This document shows, piece by piece, positions 57,001 through 64,000 of a stretch of 64,000 nt of DNA. A program made the position numbers and the translations under genes. This DNA comes from a virus, in IMG/VR virus record IMGVR_UViG_3300028888_000141, positions 75-64,074 of that record; one strand, written 5' to 3'. The notes beneath the pieces are model-generated. The model searched no databases. It was not told the DNA's origin and worked only from the letters and a program-made list of their open reading frames with translations. Position 1 is the stretch's first letter; the number at the start of each line of letters is the position of its first letter.

Positions 57001-57630
57001 TTATCTTGTCTGTCTAGCAATCTCTTCGAGAGCAGCATATGTCTGTGGATTAGCCATAACATTATTTCCAGTCATCATACTATTTGCATACGCATTACCA
57101 AAACTAGCGGCAGTTGACTGTCCATATGTAGCAAATGTATTAAGTGCCTGTTGGCCTTCAGGACTGGATATGTATCTCATGAGATTATTAAAATCACCAT
57201 TAGACGCCAAAGTTGTAGCTTTATCGACAGTATTAAATGCAGTCATCATTGTGTTCTGCGTCTTGGGGTCTGTAAGCATTTTTCCTAACTGAAGATAGTC
57301 ATTGGTTTTCTCAAGCTGCATTGCTGTATTAACAACCTGACCAAGCATAACCGATGTCATGGTCTTAGCTAAGTAAATAGATCCAGCAATCTTAGCTACA
57401 TCATAAGTATAAGCAGCAACTTTTTTAGCGCCTTCCCAAATTTTTCGTCTGGTTTCGGCATTCTTAATCTTTTTGGCTTCTATTTCTTCTGGGGTTAGCT
57501 CTTTTTTAGTTCTTCTACTTCCACCATTGTATCTAGCGGCTGTATCACTATTCCAGACTCCCCACTTCATTCCTAAAATACCATGATGCTCCAAATAATC
57601 CGGAGACCTTTGTACATAATAAACACTCAT
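57001..57630 (-). CDS. HHG-tag protein
   Basis: YLEHHGILGMKWGVW; start moved to MSVYYV after AGGAG. Confidence 0.75.
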   Translation of the reverse strand: MSVYYVQRSPDYLEHHGILGMKWGVWNSDTAARYNGGSRRTKKELTPEEIEAKKIKNAETRRKIWEGAKKVAAYTYDVAKIAGSIYLAKTMTSVMLGQVVNTAMQLEKTNDYLQLGKMLTDPKTQNTMMTAFNTVDKATTLASNGDFNNLMRYISSPEGQQALNTFATYGQSTAASFGNAYANSMMTGNNVMANPQTYAALEEIARQTR

Positions 57631-57648
57631 ATTGGATCTCCTCATAAA

Positions 57649-57761
57649 AGAATTCCTGCACCATATGAAAGTGCGAAAACCAGCCTATTAAATCGAGGAA
57701 AGGAGACGAGAAAGAACGATTTTCAACCAATTCTCGCACTCTCGTATGATGCAGGAATTCT
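57649..57761. repeat. Long imperfect inverted repeat (about 30-bp stem)
   Basis: agaattcctgca..agtgcga pairs with tcgcact..tgcaggaattct. Confidence 0.75.
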
Positions 57762-57773
57762 AATAAAATATCT

Positions 57774-58226
57774 TTACTTAGACAGAGGATAGATCTTCGA
57801 TGTTGCCTCGTCTAAGCTGCCATCAGCTTTTGCTTTTTCGATAGCTTCAGCTGCATTCTCAGGTATAACCTTGTTGATAAACTCGGTTGCTGCTTCAGTA
57901 TTGGTAGCGAGCTCCATGAAAATTACTGAATATGCAGCCGTCTGCTCGAACTGTTCGCTCAGGGGTCTTCCGGTAGCAGGATCTTTCTTAAGGAATGACT
58001 TACCATCGAGTGATCTCTCACCATAAGCCATAAGAATGAGCTGCTTGAAAAGCTTAATAAGCTCGGGAGTGTTCTGAGCATTTGCTATCCTGGTGATCCA
58101 CTGGTCGAATCCGCCTTCTTTAGAAAGCTCCATCTCCATGATCTCTGCTTCGGAAAGGTTGAAATATACATCTTCCTTTCTCTGGTTTCCAAGATAGTCT
58201 TTGTATTCGATAGTCTTAATGTACAT
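57774..58226 (-). CDS. Putative tail assembly chaperone (gpG-like)
   Basis: Follows the MTP; I.Y.DY.G..R.ED.YFNL, AYGERS.DG..F.K, F.QT.AY...F.EL. Confidence 0.65.
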   Translation of the reverse strand: MYIKTIEYKDYLGNQRKEDVYFNLSEAEIMEMELSKEGGFDQWITRIANAQNTPELIKLFKQLILMAYGERSLDGKSFLKKDPATGRPLSEQFEQTAAYSVIFMELATNTEAATEFINKVIPENAAEAIEKAKADGSLDEATSKIYPLSK

Positions 58227-58306
58227 GTTTTGCTCCTTTCTAAGCACAACAAATTAGGGGCCAGCCGTTATTGACTAGCCCCAGAAAAACATTTTGATTC
58301 TTGCGA

Positions 58307-58999
58307 TTAAGCAAGCATTGCAAGAACTGCGTCGGGAAGAGGAAGATAAGGATCAGTACCGGTCTGTCCGCTTTCTCCATCGGTTCCAAAGAGAGCATCC
58401 TCGAGATCATCAAGCTTCTTCTTAGCTGCAGTCTCAGTGAAGTTGGTGCTGTCAATGGTGAGAATTGAAGTGGGCTTAAGTTCCTTGCCATCAACCTTGG
58501 TGGTGAGAGCAATAGGAGTGGTGGTGAACTCCCAAGAGAACTCAATAGTATCAGGGCTGTCATTAACAGTCTGATAATCTCTCTCTGAAGGAGATGCCTG
58601 ACATCCATAAACGAGGTGAAGCTTATAGCCGTGATCGTTACCATCACTATCGTTACCAATAATGGTTCTATAAGCAAGACCAAAGCTCTTTCTGGACTGC
58701 TGTCCAACAGTTACACCGTTAACAACAGCTTCTCCATTACACTTCTTCCACTCATCGGGATAAGTGAATGCCTTAATGGTTCCCTTGAAGGTCTCTGCTG
58801 AATACAGAGTAACATACTTGATATTATCAGCATACTTATCAGTAGGTTCTGCACCCTCAGGAGTCTCGGTAACACCGGTGATTCCGTTCCAAGCTACTCC
58901 AAGAGGATAAGTGCCATTATCGTTAAGATAAAGGGCACAGTGATCGATTCCAGTCTCGAACAGTCTCTGTCCAATCTGGTCCCAAAGAAGTTTAGACAT
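58307..58999 (-). CDS. Major tail protein
   Basis: GVAWNG, YADNIKY, AFTYP.E, FGLAYRT, YKLHLVYG.A.PSE..Y.TVNDSP....FSWE. Confidence 0.85.
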   Translation of the reverse strand: MSKLLWDQIGQRLFETGIDHCALYLNDNGTYPLGVAWNGITGVTETPEGAEPTDKYADNIKYVTLYSAETFKGTIKAFTYPDEWKKCNGEAVVNGVTVGQQSRKSFGLAYRTIIGNDSDGNDHGYKLHLVYGCQASPSERDYQTVNDSPDTIEFSWEFTTTPIALTTKVDGKELKPTSILTIDSTNFTETAAKKKLDDLEDALFGTDGESGQTGTDPYLPLPDAVLAMLA

Positions 59000-59094
59000 G
59001 ATTTTAATCCTTTCGTTTAAATTGTTTTTGTTTGTTGCTTGCTAAGTGTAAGATTAACTAGGATTATTCCCACACAAAAGCGAATTTATTCATA

Positions 59095-59133
59095 CCCATC
59101 TGCCTTTGGCTATGGTGGGATGATTACTTATTT
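59095..59133. repeat. 39-bp exact direct repeat, copy A
   Basis: cccatctgcctttggctatggtgggatgattacttattt, identical to 60042-60080. Confidence 0.9.
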
Positions 59134-59155
59134 TTCTTTGTATTTCCCATTTCTG

Positions 59156-59731
59156 TCATAGAATACTATGATGAGCAAGATAGTCTTCTTTATTATAAAC
59201 TACATCAAATAAAGAATGTTTAACGACATTTTTCATAGAACGTCCGCCATGAACTCCACGATGGTATAGTTCATCGCCGGGATAAGATACAGTGTAAGAA
59301 TGAGCTAAAAATTCTGGATAATTTTTCGAATAATCTACTATCAGTCTACGTATATAAGATGCTGCTTTTTTTATTTCGGAATCAGGAATATATGATCCTG
59401 GTATACCACCCCAAGCATTGGGATCATTTTGCTGTTTTATAAACTTTTCGATTGAGCTCAAATCATTAATCATATACGGCTTAGCATCTAAATATTTTCC
59501 GGTGCCAGAAACAAAGCTATCATTTTTATTATCGCTAAAATTGTAATTAATTGTTGGTACACGTCTTGTTCCATTCTTATTTTTATCATATATTTTTATT
59601 TGAGCACCGATAAAGTAATATGGAGTTCTTTTATTTAAATTTGGAGAATAATATCCTTGGTGCTGATACGTAGCATCTTTTTTTACATTTGGAGCATATG
59701 TTATGCCATGTTTTATCACTTCATATCTCAT
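59156..59731 (-). CDS. Hypothetical protein ending in several phi-x-H sites and a decayed HHG tag
   Basis: VIKHG, FLAHS, LYHR, VVKHS, YLAHHSIL*QKW. Confidence 0.6.
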   Translation of the reverse strand: MRYEVIKHGITYAPNVKKDATYQHQGYYSPNLNKRTPYYFIGAQIKIYDKNKNGTRRVPTINYNFSDNKNDSFVSGTGKYLDAKPYMINDLSSIEKFIKQQNDPNAWGGIPGSYIPDSEIKKAASYIRRLIVDYSKNYPEFLAHSYTVSYPGDELYHRGVHGGRSMKNVVKHSLFDVVYNKEDYLAHHSIL

Positions 59732-59737
59732 AATTCA

Positions 59738-60046
59738 TCACCTATACAAAGTAAACACATCGTGATAAAGACCGTCACTGACAAAAGGTCGATCATATCG
59801 GCACATTTGGAAATGGTCGGTAACTATGTCAATCATGTCTGGGTCGGCTTCATTACTGATGTAGGTTAACGTGTAACATTTGAACAACAAATACTTCTTG
59901 CTATCAGCATTAAACTGACTTGCTGACTTCCTCTCAAATACAAAACAAGGGTATTTCATTTTGGTGTTGCTAGGTGGCTGGAAGTATACATTGTTCGAGC
60001 CCAAGATTGACTTAAGCTCATTCTGGAGGTCAAGCGTCGTTCCCAT
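59738..60046 (-). CDS. Tail terminator/completion protein, copy 1
   Basis: LGSNNVYFQPP..MKYPCFV..; near the MTP. Confidence 0.65.
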   Translation of the reverse strand: MGTTLDLQNELKSILGSNNVYFQPPSNTKMKYPCFVFERKSASQFNADSKKYLLFKCYTLTYISNEADPDMIDIVTDHFQMCRYDRPFVSDGLYHDVFTLYR

Positions 60047-60080
60047 CTGCCTTTGGCTATGGTGGGATGATTACTTATTT
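60042..60080. repeat. 39-bp exact direct repeat, copy B
   Basis: Spans the stop of 60075-60881 and the ATG of 59738-60046. Confidence 0.9.
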
Positions 60081-60881
60081 GTGATTTCTATCCCATTCTT
60101 CTTTTGCTTTACTCCATTCTTCATCTTCGAATCCTTCGTAAGTTTTTCTAAAATCATGAAAAGCTGTAAGATCTCCACCTTGACTTTCCATACTTTTTAA
60201 CATTTCTGGTTCATTCTTTTTAAACCAATCATATGTTCTATCGTATGCTCTACTAGAAGCTTTATAACGTTCTTCGGAATCATAGAAGTCCTCGGAATCA
60301 TAGAAGTCCATAGCATTCTTTCTATCTTCTTTACTAGTTATTCTGGTCGATTCGGGGAGCTCTCCAGGTTTCTTATCAGATCTCTGTTTATCGATTGACC
60401 TATCGATCATCTCGACTCTCAAATCCCTGAATCCGTTAAGGAATTCTCTTCCGGCGTTTATGACTTTGCCACTAACAACACTACCAGCAAGAGCAGCTAC
60501 AGGAAGCAAAGGGTTAACACTTAAAACACCAGCAGCCATTAATCCAGCTAGAGTTCCTGCTCCGACAATGCCAGTTGCTCCTGTAGCAACAGATGTTGCA
60601 GCGTTGCGGTATTTTGTCTTTGTCATCCTATTTACTTTATTGGCTGAAACGAGAGCTTTCTTCTCGGAATAAGACAAATTAGGGTCCTGAATATTCTTCT
60701 TCAGTTGGCGAACGGTATAGTTTCGACCATAATGCTTCCTACCAGCCTCAGTAAGTGATCCATCAGGGTTCTGATATCGTCTGATGCCCCATTTCATTCC
60801 GAGAATGCCATGATGAGCTAGGTAATCTTCTTTGTCGTAAACTTCATCTGGTTTTGGATTTCTCAACACATAATAATCCAT
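60075..60881 (-). CDS. HHG-tag protein with a hydrophobic hairpin cargo
   Basis: YLAHHGILGMKWGIRRYQNPDGSLTEAGRKHYG; Ala/Gly/Val-rich stretch. Confidence 0.8.
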   Translation of the reverse strand: MDYYVLRNPKPDEVYDKEDYLAHHGILGMKWGIRRYQNPDGSLTEAGRKHYGRNYTVRQLKKNIQDPNLSYSEKKALVSANKVNRMTKTKYRNAATSVATGATGIVGAGTLAGLMAAGVLSVNPLLPVAALAGSVVSGKVINAGREFLNGFRDLRVEMIDRSIDKQRSDKKPGELPESTRITSKEDRKNAMDFYDSEDFYDSEERYKASSRAYDRTYDWFKKNEPEMLKSMESQGGDLTAFHDFRKTYEGFEDEEWSKAKEEWDRNHK

Positions 60882-60899
60882 TTTGATTTCCTTTCTGGA

Positions 60900-62645
60900 T
60901 TACTCGAAAGCATCCTGATTGTTCTTGTAAGCTATAAACGCATCCATCGAAGCCGCTACGGGGTCAATCTTTGCCTCATAACGTTTCTTCAACAGTTTGC
61001 GGTTACCATTGGTATCCTCCATGACAATACAGTTACCCATTGCAAACTGCATTATGCCTTCGTTGAATACCCATAGCTTATCGGCAGCCAATTTCTTTAT
61101 CTCGCCCAAAGGAACTGACTCAGTTTTAGAACCCTGAATGACTTTCTCTATGCCAAATGGACCATTCTCAGATGCCCAACGCTCAACAAACTCTTTTGCA
61201 TTGTAAGGGTCATAGCCAAAGCATCGAATGTCATACTCCATTCTTGTTATAAAGTCATCAAGTTCATCGTATACTTGCATCAGATCAAGAATTACTCCAT
61301 CCATAATTACCAATGATCCTTCATTGATGAATTCCTGGTACTTATTTCTCATTGATGGAGGTAACTGATCAAGAGTTCTACTTGAAATGTAGTTTCGAGT
61401 CTTAATACCGAATGCTCCACCAGGAAGCGGGAACAAAAAGCTGAATGCACAGAAGTCATCTCCTTGTGAAAGGTCTGCTCCCATAGCACAAGCCATGCCC
61501 TTAAGACTATATAATCTCTGAGGTTTTGTCTCCTCAAATGTAAAGAAGTAAGTTAAGCCTTCCATCGGTATACCGAATCGTTTAGCGAGAATATCATTCC
61601 TTGTGGATGGAACGTTTTCGGCTCTATCTACTTCTATTCTATAGGTTTCATAGCTTACGGTCTTTCCGAGATTAGGGTTGGCTTTAAGCCACATCTCTTC
61701 CATTCCAACTTCACTTACATCATCGAGCTTATACCACCAAATACTTACATGTGGATTCTCATACTCGCCTCGTAAGATCTTTGTTAATTCTATTTTGATG
61801 TCATCGCCAGGACCATTTCGCACAGTACCTTCGGATGACACCGATAGAATTAACCAATCATCGTTCTTTGCACAGCTCTGTTCCAGTGGAGTCATTACAT
61901 CTTCTCGGATGTCTCCAGAAAGCCACTCATCAATTGTTGCAATCTTACACCTAGAACCCTGAAGCTTATCGATGTCCATAGGGACTATCTCTAAGATAGA
62001 GTTTGTAAGGAAGTCTTCAATTCCTTTCTTCGTAGACGCGAGTTTACAACGATTTGCTTTACTTCCTGTAGTATTCTGTAATGATCCTTCTGTTAAGAAC
62101 TTAAACAAAGGTCCTTTCGATCTCGTGATTGCTGTTTTTAGTGAAGACATAACCTCTTCGGCCTGTCTCATTGTTGGTGCTGTAGTTACTTGCTTTGTCG
62201 TACTTGTGTCAACGGTAAGGAAGTAACTCTGAACACACGATTCATACAATGTTTTAGCAGCACCTCTTCCGATGATTAGGTACTGCTTGTTGATAAGCCT
62301 GGTTTTTACTTCGCGGTATTCGAAATGGCCACCGCCTTCTTCCCAATCATTAGGAACAAACACTGACTTATTCTTGAAGTAATACCAGCCAAAGATTTCC
62401 TCGCCCCATAACTTGAATGTATCAAGCATATGGAGATCCGAACCGTCAGTTAATGTTAACTCTTTCTCGCTAAAAGCAATCCATCCTTCTACTATAGTGT
62501 CATCATAGTAAATATCTGGATCTCTTATTAGTTCATCGATGCGGTTCATCTCCATGGAGACTTCACGGTTGACTGGTATCTCTCCGCGTAATACCGCATC
62601 ACGGAACTGACCGTAATAATACGGTGTCGCGGTGTTTGATAGCAT
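60900..62645 (-). CDS. terL: Terminase large subunit
   Basis: IGRGAAKT Walker A, TIDEW Walker B, W.KANPNLG, GADLS..DF, GYDPYNA, KIDPVAA. Confidence 0.9.
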   Translation of the reverse strand: MLSNTATPYYYGQFRDAVLRGEIPVNREVSMEMNRIDELIRDPDIYYDDTIVEGWIAFSEKELTLTDGSDLHMLDTFKLWGEEIFGWYYFKNKSVFVPNDWEEGGGHFEYREVKTRLINKQYLIIGRGAAKTLYESCVQSYFLTVDTSTTKQVTTAPTMRQAEEVMSSLKTAITRSKGPLFKFLTEGSLQNTTGSKANRCKLASTKKGIEDFLTNSILEIVPMDIDKLQGSRCKIATIDEWLSGDIREDVMTPLEQSCAKNDDWLILSVSSEGTVRNGPGDDIKIELTKILRGEYENPHVSIWWYKLDDVSEVGMEEMWLKANPNLGKTVSYETYRIEVDRAENVPSTRNDILAKRFGIPMEGLTYFFTFEETKPQRLYSLKGMACAMGADLSQGDDFCAFSFLFPLPGGAFGIKTRNYISSRTLDQLPPSMRNKYQEFINEGSLVIMDGVILDLMQVYDELDDFITRMEYDIRCFGYDPYNAKEFVERWASENGPFGIEKVIQGSKTESVPLGEIKKLAADKLWVFNEGIMQFAMGNCIVMEDTNGNRKLLKKRYEAKIDPVAASMDAFIAYKNNQDAFE

Positions 62646-62654
62646 GTGTACCTC

Positions 62655-62987
62655 CTATTCTTCTGAAGCCGCTCCAGAATATAACTTCATAGCGGCAATA
62701 GCTTCGGCATACATACTGTCTGTCTTAATCTGTGAGTCGAGGGCTTCTACTTTCTTCTGTAGAAGTTTGTTCTCATTACGTAATTTCTCCAGCTCTAACT
62801 GCTTTTCCATAGAACCAAGCTTTAAAAAGTGACAAGTCTCCTGTGACGTTGCGGTTCCATTAAGTAATCTCTGCTCTACTAAGTTGTATGAAAGATTAAT
62901 TAACTGTTTTTCTCGCTCGTCGGGATCGACTGCCCTTTTAATTCTCTTAACTTCTACTGGAGCTCCCTCTTCTTTCTTTCTTCCCAA
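62655..62987 (-). CDS. Putative terminase small subunit
   Basis: 110 aa directly upstream of terL; helical/coiled coil. Confidence 0.55.
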   Translation of the reverse strand: MGRKKEEGAPVEVKRIKRAVDPDEREKQLINLSYNLVEQRLLNGTATSQETCHFLKLGSMEKQLELEKLRNENKLLQKKVEALDSQIKTDSMYAEAIAAMKLYSGAASEE

Positions 62988-63025
62988 GACAATCGACCTC
63001 CTTTCCTTATAGTTAAAAAATATCG

Positions 63026-63052
63026 ATTGTAAAAAAATGTTATCCTATTATG
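63026..63052 (+). promoter_or_regulatory. 27-bp promoter motif copy on the plus strand
   Basis: ATTGTA-AAAAAATGTTATCC-TATTAT-G followed by the hairpin gagga-ataa-tcctc. Confidence 0.6.
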
Positions 63053-63086
63053 AGGAATAATCCTCGATTAATGAAGGGAGAACATT

Positions 63087-63338
63087 ATGGCTAATAACTA
63101 TACAAAACATATCTTCTTTGATGACGAAGAAACAGCTTTAAGATTTAAAGCTCTTTATGGATGTGTAATAGACGTGGATGCTAATAGCTATTGGGTTCGT
63201 AATTATTATGGACCAAATGCTAAAGATAAAATTCATGTGTATTATCACGGGACTAGTGAGGAGTTTGAAGAGATTGTAAAGGCAATAAAATTGAAGAAGA
63301 AAAGATGGGGAGGTCATTTATGTTACTACTTTGAGTAA
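63087..63338 (+). CDS. Inverted cassette gene, hypothetical protein
   Basis: Only credible plus-strand gene; GGGAG SD; terminator caggagt..actcctg + T-tract at 63348-63385. Confidence 0.75.
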   Translation: MANNYTKHIFFDDEETALRFKALYGCVIDVDANSYWVRNYYGPNAKDKIHVYYHGTSEEFEEIVKAIKLKKKRWGGHLCYYFE

Positions 63339-63383
63339 CAAAAAGTTCAGGAGTTGAAATATACTCCTGTCCTTTTCTTTTTT

Positions 63384-63938
63384 TCAAACCCATCTATTTT
63401 TCTTATAGTCAAACATCCGCACAGGTATGCCATTCTCAAGCATTCTCTGAACGTTCAATGACATAGCTGAATCAATTCTGTCATCTTCTGGCATGATTGC
63501 AAAACCTTTTGTGCTTTCGGTAGTCATAGCAATATCTTTCTGCCTTCTTATTGCTCTTTCGTCAGTTTCTCCATTACCACTGATTCGTTCTACTCTCCAA
63601 TTACCAACATTGTTTCGAACTCTTGGATCAGTTGTGTAAACTACAACATTCTTATAGCCATTCTTTGCTAAATATTCCTGAACTCTGGTGTCTGCACCAG
63701 GAGCATCGCCTATTAAAACCTTAGCGTTGGCTTTAATAATACGATTTACTTCCTGCTTCATCGCACTATTGAGTGGTTCGTCATAGCTTACTTTGCCACT
63801 TATGAAAACTTTGTCGCTGCTTTTGTATTTGTTTCCATAATGTTTCTTTCCGTCTTCTGTAAGACTGCCATCAGCATTCTGGTATCTTCGCACTCCCCAC
63901 TTTTGGCCGAGGACGCCATGATGAGCTAAATATGTCAT
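63384..63938 (-). CDS. HHG-tag protein with a SLOG/DprA-like Rossmannoid cargo
   Basis: YLAHHGVLGQKWGVRRYQNADGSLT; VFISG..IGDAPGAD..VQ.YL..KDIAM. Confidence 0.7.
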   Translation of the reverse strand: MTYLAHHGVLGQKWGVRRYQNADGSLTEDGKKHYGNKYKSSDKVFISGKVSYDEPLNSAMKQEVNRIIKANAKVLIGDAPGADTRVQEYLAKNGYKNVVVYTTDPRVRNNVGNWRVERISGNGETDERAIRRQKDIAMTTESTKGFAIMPEDDRIDSAMSLNVQRMLENGIPVRMFDYKKNRWV

Positions 63939-64000
63939 TACAGCTTACCTCCATAAAGTGATTTGTTTTTACCAAATATCCCCCCGGAGAATTTTTAAAG

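Noticed and set aside
59090-59158. Stop-codon reassignment or TGA read-through
   Set aside because: Neighbouring motif residues are also mutated, and TGA ends many ordinary genes here; decay is the simpler explanation
63945-63977. Possible extra promoter copy upstream of the 184-aa gene
   Set aside because: TTTATGGAGG matches, but the upstream hexamer and spacing do not
1-64000. tRNA genes, integrase or repressor module
   Set aside because: None recognised by eye; tRNAscan and HMM searches are needed to exclude them

Overview
This window is most or all of a ~64 kb tailed-phage (siphovirus) genome, with almost every gene on the minus strand. SD sequences, the endolysin and a SleB-like gene point to a Bacillota host, probably Clostridia/Lachnospiraceae-like (inference). 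Reading right to left: terminase, an oddly ordered head/tail module (tail genes sit between terminase and portal; the prohead protease is fused to the capsid protein), a 2773-aa tape measure, tail-tip/adhesin genes and lysis genes. An array of one-gene cassettes (promoter-gene-terminator) follows at about 18.8-26.3 kb. Then come a 1301-aa helicase-primase-polymerase fusion, SSB, an SF2 helicase, a repeat-rich putative origin, two nucleases and a 989-aa protein with two-barrel RNA polymerase motifs (DG, QxR..KG, RxP, ADFDGD) plus HTH domains. The best candidate system links three things. First, this single-subunit RNAP. Second, about 19 copies of a 27-bp non-sigA-spaced promoter motif (TTCGCA-N14-TATWAT-G). 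Third, a shared N-terminal YL(E/A)H(H/Y)G tag on the RNAP and four variable-cargo proteins; its phi-x-H core recurs seven times in the protease-capsid linker, which suggests protease-matured virion cargo. Other signals are a GGA-rich structured ncRNA candidate, cassettes whose 5' and 3' UTRs pair around the ORF, a strand-polarised AAATATC motif, and a sharp A-tract-rich/A-tract-free switch near the genome end. No integrase, tRNA, CRISPR array or reverse transcriptase was recognised. All family calls are by eye, without database searches.
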